From: Callorhinchus milii
Taxonomy: Eukaryota
NCBI RefSeq assembly: GCF_018977255.1
Contig: NW_024704742.1
Coordinates: 120,158,001 to 120,222,000 of the forward strand
Length of the DNA stretch: 64,000 bases
Direction: 5' to 3'
Every line of letters begins with the position of its first letter. The first letter of the stretch is position 1. A model generated the notes under the pieces. The model ran no database searches. It saw nothing but the letters and a program-made list of their open reading frames with translations, and was not told the DNA's origin. A program made the position numbers and the translations under genes. Positions 37,501-60,400 of the stretch are shown here, piece by piece.

Positions 37501-37852
37501 ATTTAATCCCTGTCTCCCTCTAACGATGTTGTCTCGGAAGACCGGGCCGGGGGTGTCCGGGCCGGGGCTGTCCGGGCCTGGGGCTGTCGGGCCGGGGCTG
37601 CCGGGCCTGGGGCTGTCGGGCCGGGGCTGCCGGGCCTGGGGCTGTCGGGCCGGGGCTGGGCTGTCCGGGCCGGGCGGGGCTGTCGGGCCGGGCTGGGCTG
37701 TCCGGGCCGGGGCTGTCGGGCCGGGCCTGGGACTGCCGGGCCTGGGCCTGTCCGGGCCGGGCCTGGGCTGTCCGGGACGGGGCTGTCCGGGCGGGGCCGC
37801 TCTCACCTTTCAGGGCCAGCAGGTGCTCCAGTTTCGGTTGATTCACGTCCAT
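13451..37852 (-). CDS. TRAPPC13: Trafficking protein particle complex subunit 13, complete spliced CDS (13 exons, 1254 nt, 417 aa; 418 aa with the upstream NAGNAG acceptor)
   Basis: join(complement) 37807-37852, 30524-30592, 29305-29404, 27015-27099, 26377-26504, 25071-25143, 23803-23847, 21306-21323, 18149-18282, 16345-16543, 15366-15466, 14654-14801, 13451-13558. All introns are GT-AG with consistent phases. Translation [39 protein letters not shown]...[18 protein letters not shown] matches vertebrate TRAPPC13 as recalled. Confidence 0.97.
13741..14100 (+). mobile_element. SINE, longer variant, followed tail-to-tail by a degraded minus-strand copy (about 14105-14303)
   Basis: tRNA head tgtagctcagtggttagagcactcgccttgcaagcgaga plus core and tail. 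Confidence 0.85.
14654..14801 (-). CDS. TRAPPC13: TRAPPC13 exon 12 (alternative start at 14804 via CAGCAG tandem acceptor)
   Basis: [49 protein letters not shown]. Confidence 0.95.
14900..15170 (-). mobile_element. L2 3' end fragment
   Basis: Tail and 3' UTR similar to the 3373 element. Confidence 0.7.
15366..15466 (-). CDS. TRAPPC13: TRAPPC13 exon 11
   Basis: [37 protein letters not shown] flanks. Confidence 0.95.
15954..16306 (-). mobile_element. SINE, longer and more diverged variant
   Basis: Reverse-complement match including the tgtttacctagcagtaagtaggaaccc segment. Confidence 0.8.
16345..16543 (-). CDS. TRAPPC13: TRAPPC13 exon 10
   Basis: [25 protein letters not shown]...[18 protein letters not shown] flanks. 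Confidence 0.95.
16849..17069 (-). mobile_element. SINE, 5'-truncated
   Basis: Reverse-complement match. Confidence 0.85.
18149..18282 (-). CDS. TRAPPC13: TRAPPC13 exon 9
   Basis: [49 protein letters not shown] flanks. Confidence 0.95.
20790..21090 (-). mobile_element. SINE, same family, full length
   Basis: Reverse-complement match. Confidence 0.88.
21306..21323 (-). CDS. TRAPPC13: TRAPPC13 18-nt microexon (SDLSSV)
   Basis: Minus strand reads TTCTCTTATTAG|AGT GAC CTC AGT TCT GTG|GTAATT. Phase 0/0. Encodes the SDLSSV segment recalled between FYNAE and TDEVF in the long mammalian isoform. Confidence 0.9.
23300..23547 (-). mobile_element. SINE, 5'-truncated
   Basis: Reverse-complement match to family body and tail. 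Confidence 0.85.
23803..23847 (-). CDS. TRAPPC13: TRAPPC13 exon 7
   Basis: [20 protein letters not shown]| and |GTAAGT. Confidence 0.93.
25071..25143 (-). CDS. TRAPPC13: TRAPPC13 exon 6
   Basis: [28 protein letters not shown] flanks. Confidence 0.95.
26377..26504 (-). CDS. TRAPPC13: TRAPPC13 exon 5
   Basis: [46 protein letters not shown] flanks. Confidence 0.95.
27015..27099 (-). CDS. TRAPPC13: TRAPPC13 exon 4
   Basis: [32 protein letters not shown] flanks. Confidence 0.95.
27375..27688 (+). mobile_element. SINE, same family, full length
   Basis: Match to 63467-63781. Confidence 0.9.
27942..29160 (+). mobile_element. L2 fragment in TRAPPC13 intron 3
   Basis: [24 protein letters not shown], in-frame stops, (TTG)n tail. 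Confidence 0.9.
29305..29404 (-). CDS. TRAPPC13: TRAPPC13 exon 3
   Basis: [37 protein letters not shown] flanks. Confidence 0.95.
30524..30592 (-). CDS. TRAPPC13: TRAPPC13 exon 2
   Basis: [29 protein letters not shown]| acceptor, |GTAAGT donor. Confidence 0.95.
31845..32445 (+). mobile_element. SINE (longer variant) interrupted by an inverted copy of nearby intron sequence
   Basis: Head at 31845, break at about 32063, resumes at about 32299. Confidence 0.82.
33313..33562 (+). mobile_element. SINE, 5'-truncated, with probable target-site duplication (tggttatagtt)
   Basis: Match to family; tggttatagtt on both flanks. Confidence 0.85.
34226..34972 (-). CDS. SHLD3: Shieldin complex subunit 3 (RINN1), single coding exon nested in TRAPPC13 intron 1, 248 aa
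   Basis: Intact ORF. N-terminus VVHYR...[17 protein letters not shown]...[13 protein letters not shown] resembles the human REV7-binding region (VILHYR...AIQDFPTRPLSRFIPWFP...LPLRPKRSPPVIS, recalled). Same nested position as in mammals. Candidate acceptor CTTTATCTCTGCAG| with exon starting at 35210; candidate AATAAA at about 33870. Confidence 0.93.
   Translation of the reverse strand: MELVVHYRSNRECGPEVLKVAQRALEDFPKRPLTRFTPWFSNDLQNLPLKPKNHPPIISNEETRRIENYLAALEPKEQVQSYDCTEHLQEFFANLQKVGTVTQEADAEFFTETGLQHGATDWQSKSQRSWSITKCSRTEKSNTFTVSKALQMIQAKLQLHSFQRTKWVIDQSNCSNRKLEEHWAVLTNLLKYGNLPGCNAKIHRDLGQIWIFCDFQCCEHVGNQIKQTLNLTGKINLLVHRHGVIYKL
36052..36348 (-). mobile_element. SINE, same family, with fold-back rearranged tail
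   Basis: Reverse-complement match; an internal segment is replaced by an inverted copy of the tail. Confidence 0.88.
37543..37798. repeat. GC-rich degenerate tandem repeat (GGGCC/GGGGCTGTC units) at the start of TRAPPC13 intron 1
   Basis: Directly visible tandem units such as gggccggggctgtcc. Confidence 0.9.
37807..37852 (-). CDS. TRAPPC13: TRAPPC13 coding exon 1 (probably shared with the SHLD3 transcript)
   Basis: ATG at 37852, [15 protein letters not shown], donor G|GTGAGA. Confidence 0.95.
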
Positions 37853-37859
37853 CTTCAGA

Positions 37860-38012
37860 TCGCACCCGCATGCGCAGACGGCAGTACGGAGCCCGAGATG
37901 AGCCGGAAAGCCGCGGGAGAAGAGCGACTCGCGAGATTTCGAAACGAAACCGCAGAGCCCCGGATACAAACCCACGTGATCCCTGGGAGGCCCCGCCCAC
38001 CAATCCAATCAG
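37860..38012 (-). promoter_or_regulatory. TRAPPC13/SHLD3 CpG-island promoter
   Basis: Motif matches: NRF1-like TGCGCATGCGG (37866-37876), ETS CCGGAA (about 37903), BANP/CGCG element TCTCGCGAGT (37927-37936), E-box CACGTG (37973), GC box GGCCCCGCCC (37989), tandem CCAAT (38000, 38005). Confidence 0.75.
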
Positions 38013-38325
38013 AGCTCTCACAGGGATTTTTTTGCCCCCTTCTCTTGTAAAAAAAATCTGAACTTCTCATTGCAGGTAATTTGGTTACGTTTTACTCACG
38101 TGATGCTGGATTTTCAGTTTTATTATTATAATAATAATCTTTGCATTTGATAGAGCGCCTAATCACATTGTCGCGACGTCTCGAAGCGCCTCACAGGGTA
38201 ATAATAATAATAACCCTTGCATTTGACAAAGCGCTTTTCATGTCTTCTAGACGTCTCAAAGCGCTTCACAGAATAGACTGTAAAGTGAATTGACTGTATA
38301 TTTGTGGGCGAAACGCAGCAGCCAG

Positions 38326-39554
38326 TCAGATATGATTCTGACATTCATATCCCTGCTATGGGATGATCTGGAGAAAAAGTTCCCAGAAAATTAACTCAAT
38401 GAATTGTCTGCTTTCGGTTTTGCTTCACTTGCACCAGAACAAACCAGCTATGAATTTGGCACTGAGAATATTGAAAAGATGGTTGACAAATACAGACAAA
38501 TCCTGATCCTTGGTCAAGTAAGGTCTTCTGGGCAAAACGTCATGGATGAAATGGAACTCATTGTGAGCCAATACAATGACAACAAGTACTTAATTGCAGA
38601 GAAGATTGAAACAAAGTCATTGAAAACGTTTCAGGACATGGTGACATTCAGGCTACAAATTACAGAACAGTGCAATGTGGTTTCACAACTAGAGGATATA
38701 TGTGCAACGTTTCAAGCTTCAAGTGCTGATTGTGAGTGTGGGTTCAGCCTTATGAATAATATAAAAACAAAATCCCAAAACCAATTGAAAGAAAATCACC
38801 TTGATATGCTCATGCGGATCAAATCTCATCTGTCAAGTGGTAGAGAAGTAAATCTGGACAAAATATGTCCTGTAGCTCAGTGGTTAGAGCACTCGCCTTG
38901 CAAGCGAGACCTGGGTTTGATTCCTGGCAGCGCGAAACCTTGGGCAAGTTTCCTTACTCCACACACCTGATAATAATCCCTCAAGAAAAAAAAACAATAA
39001 TAAATTGGTCATTTCAATCCACAACTGTTTGAGGGACACTGCTGTGAGCAATTGGCTGCCGCATTTCTCCCACAAATATATAGTTTATTCACTTTACAGT
39101 ATATTCTGTGAAGCACTTTGAGATGTCTGGAAGACGTGAAAAGTGCTACATCAAATGCAGGATTATTATTATTATAAACACTGGAAGAGAGGGAGAGACA
39201 GAAGAGAAAAACATCCGAACCAGAGACAAGTGACCCTTTTCTTCTCCGTCATCTGGCCTGTCATCCTCAGACTCTGGGTCTCACTCAGGATGTCCCTATT
39301 CCTCTGGTGGAGGTGTTTACTTCTGAAATTTCTACAACCAGTTTTGTTTCATTAAAAATCCTTGACCGCTCGCCTTGTTAACACTCATCCATTATTTTGT
39401 ATATTGGTTCTGTTTGTCAGATACCCTAAGATGTTCTATTCAAAGTTTTGAGCCCTTTTTTTTTCTTACGCCGGCGCACACAGCCTTCACATCGGCGCAC
39501 AAACCCAAATTCATTCCGCGCCCGGCCGGAAAAAAACTGAAAGAGGGAACGTAG
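38326..39554 (+). mobile_element. hAT-superfamily DNA transposon relic (transposase C-terminal dimerisation region and probable 3' end), interrupted by a SINE
   Basis: ICATFQASSADCECGFSLMNNIKTKSQNQLKENHLDMLMRIK fits the hAT dimerisation pattern (SS..CERGFS.M..IK...R..L....L..LM.I). In-frame TAA at about 38392. Possible terminus AGAGGGAACGTAG at about 39542-39554. Confidence 0.78.
38867..39175 (+). mobile_element. SINE, same family, inserted in the hAT transposase relic
   Basis: Match to 63467-63781. Confidence 0.9.
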
Positions 39555-39849
39555 CAGCGGCGCGCAGTTTGCGCCCAATTTAAGACTCATGTCAGGCTTT
39601 TCCCTATTGGTGGCGACAACCACTGATTTTATGGTGTGAATAAATCTCCCCTTTTTGCCGGTTGACCCCCCGACCCCCCCCGACACAGCGCTCTGAGGGG
39701 CTTCCGTTCCCGCTCGCACAGCCGCACCGCTTCACGGCGCGATCCTTGTGCGGCGCTTTGCGAAGGCTCTCGACGAGGTTGACGGAGGCGCTGCCCTCCA
39801 CGTCCGAACCATTAACAACTGTGTGAGCGATGATTAACCCCAAATGAAG

Positions 39850-40184
39850 AGGAACAGGAAGTGCGGTCACGTGAGGCGTTGCCTTGACCGGCAGCTGAGC
39901 ATGCGCAGTTCAAAATAACGAGCGCGGTGACGTCACAGCGGGGTCTTGGGCTGCACCATTGACGCTGTGGGCGGGGGGGGGGTCTGAGTGCCCGGTGCAG
40001 GGCCGCACCCGAGGGACGGGGACCTTTCATCCCCTGTATTTTAACTATGGGGTAACACACCCCCCGGGGGTTGGTTCCACGTCAAACTGCTCGGGGGTTC
40101 CCGGGGGGCGGCGCGGAGTGGGCTGTGGAGCGGTTGCCGCGGTTCCCCCCTCTCTTACGGTCGCCGGTGGTGTTGGGCTCCGGG
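39850..40184 (+). promoter_or_regulatory. TRIM23 CpG-island promoter and 5' UTR
   Basis: Motif matches: ETS ACAGGAAGTG (about 39854), extended E-box GTCACGTGA (39866-39874), NRF1-like GCATGCGCA (about 39899), full CRE TGACGTCA (39928-39935), YY1-like GATGGCGGC over the ATG. Confidence 0.72.
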
Positions 40185-52654
<12,470 letters not shown>

Positions 52655-54266
52655 GTGTGGAGCAAGTTCTTTAGCTGATTAACAAGTTTTCTCATTTTGG
52701 CCTGCATTTCCATTCTGCTTATGTCACTATAGTACCTCTACCGTGTGTAATGTATATTTAAGAAAGCTGGCATTGGGAGAGTAAACAGGCTTTAACTTTG
52801 TGGAGAAATTCACACTGTTGAAATTGATCCAAAAATTGACTTGAAGTGTATTACATTATTCTTTAACGCTCACATTTGTGACCTAATTTGGAAAAAAGTA
52901 AGTTCAATTTAATTCTTGTGTACGACAATGCATTAATGAATTGTGAAGTGATTTTTTTTCCCCAATATATAGCTCTTAACAGTCAGTGCAATGACACTTT
53001 AAAACATTTTAAATAGTGCTTCCTTTTAGGAATATACAGTTGTGTGATGCTGTGAAAAGTTTTCAAGATTAAAACAATGCATTGACTTTCTACTTCATTG
53101 ATCGTCCTGGTTCTTAGCAGGACTAATATTTTAATTTCATGGTGCACTATATAATTTTCTTCAGTGCTAATGATGGTAATGATTGAGGTATGTACTGATA
53201 ACCAACTATTGCTGTAAATAACTGCAAACCTGAAGTTATTCTGACTTAAAACAAAAAAGTGAGTCTAAAAGATATCCATATTAGATTTAATTATTACTAC
53301 AGGCACGTGTCTCACCATTTATACCCTGAATGCTCGAGTCAATAAATGGGTCACATTCATACAATTTGCGGTACAGTATTAAGAAATGTTGCACTTGTTA
53401 CTATTTGAGTGTGCTTAATAAAAATCAACTTAATGCTTTTTAATGCAAAAATATTGTTTTGAACTAGCATTATTTTACATCCGAGTGTGAAATATCTGCT
53501 TTCACTCAGTCAACTTTTGGTTATATGTTGGTGGGGGTAAGGTGCATATACATATAATTTAATGTTTACTACTGTTTACGTACCTTAGGGAAGGCTTATT
53601 GTGCACCTAGAGATTGAAACAACCTTCTCCAGTTTTGTATCTTCCAGATTATAAATCATCTTTCCACAAACTCACCCTGCATAAAGCCTCAAAGAGCAGT
53701 TGATGGGTAGGGTTTTTATTTAATGTGAGATCAAGGATGAATAGAATATATAATCTGTACACACTGTCCCAAGTGATTTTTCCAGATGTTAATTTAGCTG
53801 ACCAATCCTATCATTATGCAAAATAAATAAATGCAAGAGTGGTTCCTTCTCCTGCATTCTTTTCCATTTTCAAAATTCCATTATAAAACTGAATATGGTA
53901 TTTATATAAACTTTGAATGACCATACATTCAAGGGTAGGTTTATACAAGCTTTAAAAGACAGAGGGGTTGAAGTCGATCCACAATCATCTCACCAGGCTC
54001 ACACTGGAGCCTGGTGAGATGATGGATATACAAACTTTTATGAGGGCAATAGGATTTCGAATGAGCTTGTGATATTGCAATTATAGAGGCCAGTGAGGAG
54101 CACATTTAAAAAGTGTCAAGTGACAGTACTAGACTTTAATATAAAATATTTATTTATTCAATGGGATTATCAAAAGTAGCACTATTTCACAATGTGGAAA
54201 CTTACAAGATAGGCTTAATAAATTTATAAAATACGACAGATCAGAAAGTGGTACTTATTTTCTATT

Positions 54267-54410
54267 TTACTTTACAGTGATGCTAATAATACTGATATCC
54301 TCATATGGCTTGTCAGTTTTAGGATTGACCTTGACATTAGCAATTCTTTGGACCACTTCCATTCCTTTTGTTACTCTGCCGAAAACTGTGTGTTTGTTGT
54401 CAAGCCATGG
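54267..54410 (-). CDS. PPWD1: PPWD1 last coding exon
   Basis: [47 protein letters not shown]; candidate AATAAA (minus strand) at about 54149-54158. Confidence 0.95.
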   Translation of the reverse strand, partial: PWLDNKHTVFGRVTKGMEVVQRIANVKVNPKTDKPYEDISIISITVK

Positions 54411-57400
54411 CTAGAAAAGAAATAACAAGTATTTTATTAAGTGGCAAATACCTCATTTGTAAAACTACACTGCAATAACATTTTAAAGGAAAAACACACC
54501 CTGTGAACAATCCACATGCAGTACAATTTTCAGAAATCTCAGCAAAAAGAGGCCAATCAAATTAGCAAGTTTTTTTTTAAATGAGGACAAGCACTGCATA
54601 GATATGATGGGTCAAATGGTATTTTGTGGTGAAAATGCAACACAGGACAAAAACATACATTGAGCCAGAGGTTTGTGTTTTCCATATATTGCTTAGCATT
54701 TCACATTCTCTCAATAACGTAACAATGGTCTTGCTTCTCCAACCAGATGTTTTGTCACTCAACTACAAGGTTGCCTGGGCTTATTGGCCAAGGATCACTT
54801 CAACATGAGTAAATTACTACCTGACACTGATCAGCAACAAGGTCAGCTAAAAAAGTGCATCACAATGCTTTGTTATAATATGCATTTGCTTATAGTGTGA
54901 ATCGAATGTAAACCCAATTCATTGCACATGGGCCAGCTCCCACATAAAAAATATCTGACTTCTAGATCATCAGGCCTCTGCTTCTGTCACTATGTGCAGT
55001 AGACAAGTTGGCCATTTTGTTTCCTTTGTGCTTAAAAAAAAAGCAAATTTACAGTCATCCGACAGCCACATGATATTGAATACTTGAAAGATAAAGAACT
55101 TACTGTAGGTACAACAGTTATAAAATACTGGGACCCATTGCTGTTGGCGCCTGCATTGGCCATGCTGAATGTGTAGGGTCGATCATGCCTCAACGTTGGG
55201 TGAAATTCATCTTCAAATTCACTTCCCCATATGCTTTCTCCCCCCATTCCTGTGCCAGTTGGATCACCAGTTTGAATCATGAAGCCCTAGGGAAAAATAT
55301 ATAAATACAAACCAAATTACATTTATTGTATAAAGCACTTTAATCTGCATTAAAATATACTTATACAGTGCCGTTCATAGAATGAACATCTTGAAATGCT
55401 TTACAAAGACAGTGGGAATCAGTGAACAGAGGAGAGGAGAGATGTGCTTGTTGAGAAGTACAGAGTTCCAGAGAGTGGAGGCATAGTGGCTGAAGGCTTG
55501 GCAAATTACGATGGGAATAGAGGGAGTGAGGAATGAGCATTAAGTGGAGTCAGAAGATCAGAGTGAACAAAACGGAGAATGCAAGGGGGAGGACTAATTC
55601 TGTGAAGCTATTTGAAGGCCTTTGAAATCCATCTGTGGGTTATTGGGTATCAGTGGAGCTCAGTGAGGAGGGATAATGTGTGTGTGAAACCTAGCATGGG
55701 AGAGAATACAGACTAAAGGTGTGGGATGAGTTGTAGCTTATGTAGCTTATACTGGAGAGGCTGGCGAGAATACTGGGGAAATATAGCCTCAAGGTGACAA
55801 AAGCAGGGATGAGGGTTTTGGTTGCAGAAGAAATGACATAGACATAAGCAGCCAATGTTGGAGAAGGTAGCTTTTGTGAAAATATAAACACAGCGTTTAA
55901 AACGGAGTAGGGATTCAGACATACTTCTCATTCAACCAGAGTAAATAGCCAAGGGAGCTGATGGAGGTAGAACCAAAAGCAAAAAAGTGCTGGTAAGCGC
56001 AAGACAAACTGGCTTCAGTTTTACTGACGTTCAGCTGAAGATAGCTGAGGTTCATCCAGGACTTTACAGTTGACATTTGAACTCTTAATTTGCTATACAA
56101 TTCATCAAATTATCACTAGAGATAGAGTCACGATACCTTGATGACACGGTGAAATACATGACTGTTGTAATATCCATTTCTGCTGTGCACACAGAAGTTC
56201 TCAACAGTTTTGGGACACCTGCAGAGAAAAAAATTAAGTATTGGTTACACATACCCAGAAACACAATTTAAAGAGCACTCTGGACTGGAATGAGAATGAC
56301 AATGCATTCACTTTGAAAGTATTATCTCAAACAAAAACAATTTGATTTTAACTTTCAGAGGAATAGAGTTAGAGAGCAGTGAACTACAAATACACGTCAG
56401 GTTCCCAAACCAGAAAAGAGCTAATGTGGTGAGTTTGTCAAGCAACAACAACAACAACTTGGATTTATATAGCGCCTTCCACGCCGGATGGCGTCTCAGA
56501 GCGCTTCACAGTAACGGATCCCGGGGCCGAGCCAGGGGGAGGGGGAGGAAGGTGACCAAAAGCGCGGTCGAAAAGGACTTCAGAAGGGACCTGAAAGTAG
56601 GAAGAGAGGGAGCGAGGCGAAGGGAGTGAGGAAGGCAGTTCCAGAGCCTCGGGGCATAGTGGCTGAAGGCACAGTCACCAAGGCTGGAGCGGAGGACTCA
56701 GGAGACGAGGAGGCCAGGCCCAGAAGAACGAAGGCAACGGGTGCTGTTCTGAGGAGAGAGGAGCTCAGAGAGGTAGGGGGGTGCAGAGGAGTGGAGGTAT
56801 TTGAATCTTTCTGGGACAGGCAGCCAGTGCAGTCTGGCAAGGACTGTGGTAATCGGGGAACGGAGTTTTGTGCGGATGAGAATGTGGGCGGCAGAGTTTT
56901 GAATGATTTGGATTTTATGGATGGTAGTGGATGGGAGACCGGCGAGGAGGGCATTAGAGTAGTCCAGCCGCGAGGTGACAAAGGCATGGACCTGGGATTC
57001 AGCAGCTTTCGGAGAGAGGTATTTGTGGAGACAGGCGATGCGTCGGAGATGGAAGAAAGCGGTGCTGGTGTGGGACCGGATGTGGGGGAGGAAGGACAAT
57101 TGGGGGTCGAACCTAACGCCGAGGTTGAGTACGGGTTCAGAGAGTTTTAGGGGGAAGTCAGGTAGGTGGAGGAGGTGAGAGTCGTGGGATTTGAGACGTT
57201 AACGAGAGCCAAAGAGTATGGCTTCCGTCTTGTCAACGTTCAGTTGAAGCAAATTTGCGCTCATCCAGCCCCTGACGTCTGATAGGCAGGCTGACAGAAC
57301 ATCAGGGGACTGGGGGTCGCAAAGAGAGGTAGAAAAATAGAGTTGGGTGTCGTCCGCTTATATGTGGAAATGTTCCCCATGTCTGCGGATGACATCCCCA

Positions 57401-60400
57401 AGAGGGAGCATGTGAATCAGAAAGAGGAGGGGATCAAGCATTGATCCTTGGGGTACCCCGCAGGTAACTGGAAGAGAGCGGGAGGAGAAGCCGTTTGTGC
57501 AGATGTACTGCTGGCGATTTGTGAGGTGGGACTCGAACCAGGCGAGCGCGGTCCCACTGAGGTGGATGACGGAGGAAAGGCGGTGGAGGAGGATGGCGTG
57601 ATCGACTGTGTCTAATGCCACAGAGCGGTCCAGGAAGAGGGAGTGGGAGGAGAGGTGTGCGCGAAGTTGATTGGCAACAACGCGTTCTAAGACTTTAGCG
57701 AGGAAGGGCAGGTTAGAAATGGGGTGGTAGTGGCTGGAGTTTGAGGGACCTAGGGAAGGTTTTTTGAGGTGACAAAGGCATGGACTAGGGTTTCAGCGGC
57801 TTTAAGAGAGGTATTTGCAGAGACGGGCGAATGGTCGGAGGTGGAGAAAGCGGTGCTGGTGAGGGACCGGATGTGGGGGAGGAAGGACAATTGGGGGTAG
57901 GACTCAAAGCAGCTCATTATGGTCAAGGAAGCAGTATTCTCCTGGTTAGATTCTTATATCATTTAGGCACTCCTTTTGCACAGCATTCACTGAAATGCTC
58001 ACACTTGACATCACCCAAGCAGCTGTTTTGGCAGGAGACACAGCATGTTGAGTCTCTACCATGCTGCTATGAATGTGATGTCTTACAAGTTAGAACTTAT
58101 TAATAAAGAATCATAATCCTTGCATTTGATACAGCAACCTATCACATTATTGAAACATCACAAAGCGCTCCATGGGATATACTATATAAAGTGTAGTGTA
58201 GGCAAATGCAGCAGTCAATTTGCATTTGGCAATGTTCAAGTGATGACCAATTTTATCTTAAGAACTGTTGGCCAGGACGTTGGAGAAACTGCCTTCTCCG
58301 TTTCAAATAGTGCCATGGGATCTTTAACATCCAACTGAGCAGATAGGACCATGATTTAACATCTCATTTGAACATTGATACCTCTGAAACCTGACAGTGC
58401 AGTGCAGCCTAGATTGTAAGATCAAAATCCCAACATGGGGCTTGAACCTACAACCTTCTGACTCAGAGGTGAAAGTGCTACAAATTGAGCCAGGCTAATC
58501 TACTGTTTCCTCGGTAGTTCATTTTTCTTCCCTTCGTAGGAGAAATTAATGTTTTAAGTATAATATTTGTTTCATTGAAAGTGCTTAAACTTGTTCCTTT
58601 AATAAACTTACGTTCATCTGCACCTGATTTGGATCCAGCTTGTATATTATTGTAACACGTCATGTGATAACAACAGCAATGTCCCACCCAGGACTGAATG
58701 AATCTCTTTCTAATGGTAATAATTTAACCTGGGAATTGCTAAGAGCAGCAATTTACTGCATGTATTTTTTAAATTACCAGTCTAAGAAAATATCTGTTCA
58801 ATGCTTCAAATTTTCAGAGCAAAACAGTTGTAAATAAAAGTGAACTCACTCAACGGGAAACAGCTTAACATGCACATCCCCCATAGTAGTGTGGATAATT
58901 GCACTGTCAGAAACACGCTTAGGACCATCTGCTTGTGTGGCAGCCATAACCTCTTCCTTGGATGGTTTTTCATTGAAGACATCTCGATCGGACTCAGCAC
59001 TCTTTGTATCCTCTGGTTCCCTCTTTGTGAACTAAAAATGCAAAACACTTCATTTTAAAAACGCATCTTTAAAAAATAATTAACGTGAAAGGATCTGAAA
59101 ATTAAAATCTATAAGCAATTTACATTTCAGAGATTACAAGTAGATTATACTTGTGCCATTATCTCTTTCCCTCAGTAAATTTCAGACGTGATGGAAAAAA
59201 ATAAAAAGGAAAATTTGAAGTTTAAAACGTCATTGAAGTTAGTACATTTGCATATTCTTAGATTTTTCACGTACCATATAAAAACGATTCTTTTTAAATG
59301 CTGTACAGAAAATGGTTGGGTCGTGTTGAATATTCTGTAGCACAGGGTTGTCAGAAGCTTTCATCTCCACCGTCATTACAACCTGACTTTGTCTAGCTGC
59401 ACCTTGGAACAAAGCCAGTTGAGCCACCCGGATATTTTCTTGTTTACCAAGGATACGCACACACCTTAAGAGAAAATAGAAAGGCTTTTCATTGGTGTCT
59501 GTGGTGCTGTAATTTACATTTTAAAATATCCATGAAAAATAAAAGCAATAGAAAGCAGCAATGCATTTATCAATCACCAATTTTTAGTTTCTCTGTATTT
59601 CAAAATTTACAATATAAATGGCCTATTTTTGATTCAGTGCCTTGTATTTCGGCTTGTGTTTATTTGTGCAACTCTGGTATTAATACCGAAATCCAGTAAA
59701 TCTTATAATTTACTGTCCTTTAATCCCCGCTAGGGTGAAATTCTGCTATGATTGTTCAATACTTTTTCAAACAATGTTTTTAATTCTCTGCCTTTACCCC
59801 TGGGTTTGGGGTACAATTCTAGCAAACCTTCCAGTACTCCACTCCCAACAATCCCCCACCCCACCCTGCACATAAACACTTCCATAACTCAGGATATTAT
59901 TAAAGTGATCAGTGATTGGTTTTGGATGCTGCTGTTTCCATTACTTAAAACAGCAGGAATGGAAACTCTGACCAATGTTTCCCTTTTCTAACTTAAGGGA
60001 CCAATAAGGCGAACTGTACCAACCCCACTGCCACCCTGAGGTCCTCTAATTCAGCAACTAGAAACAACTAAACCTGGGATCTTCACAGTCCACATCACAA
60101 GATACATTAATAATAATAATAACAATCCTTGCATTTGATATTGTGCTTTTCACATCTTCTAGACGTCTCAAAGCGCTTCACAGAATATGCTGTAAAGTGA
60201 ATTGACTGTATATTTGTGGGCGAAACACGGCAGCCAATTGCACACAGCAGTGTCCCACAAACAGTCGTGGATTGAAAATGACCAATTTATTATTGTTTTG
60301 TTTTGGAGGGATTATTATTAGGCGTGTGGAGTAAGGAAACTTGCCCAAGGTTTCGCCCTGCCTGGAATTGAACTCAGGTGTCTCACTTGCAAGGCGAGTG

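Noticed and set aside
37373..38070. Long Pro/Gly/Arg-rich ORFs on both strands (up to 225 aa)
   Set aside because: Artefacts of the stop-free GC tandem repeat and CpG island; only 37807-37852 is supported as coding.
39600..39870. CpG-rich segment considered as an ncRNA (RNase MRP/P, telomerase RNA, snRNA) or small ORF
   Set aside because: No diagnostic motifs recognised; best explained as CpG-island flank. An Infernal/Rfam scan would settle it.
56125..56137. PPWD1 donor GTATCG as a possible U12-type intron
   Set aside because: Does not match the GTATCCTT U12 consensus.
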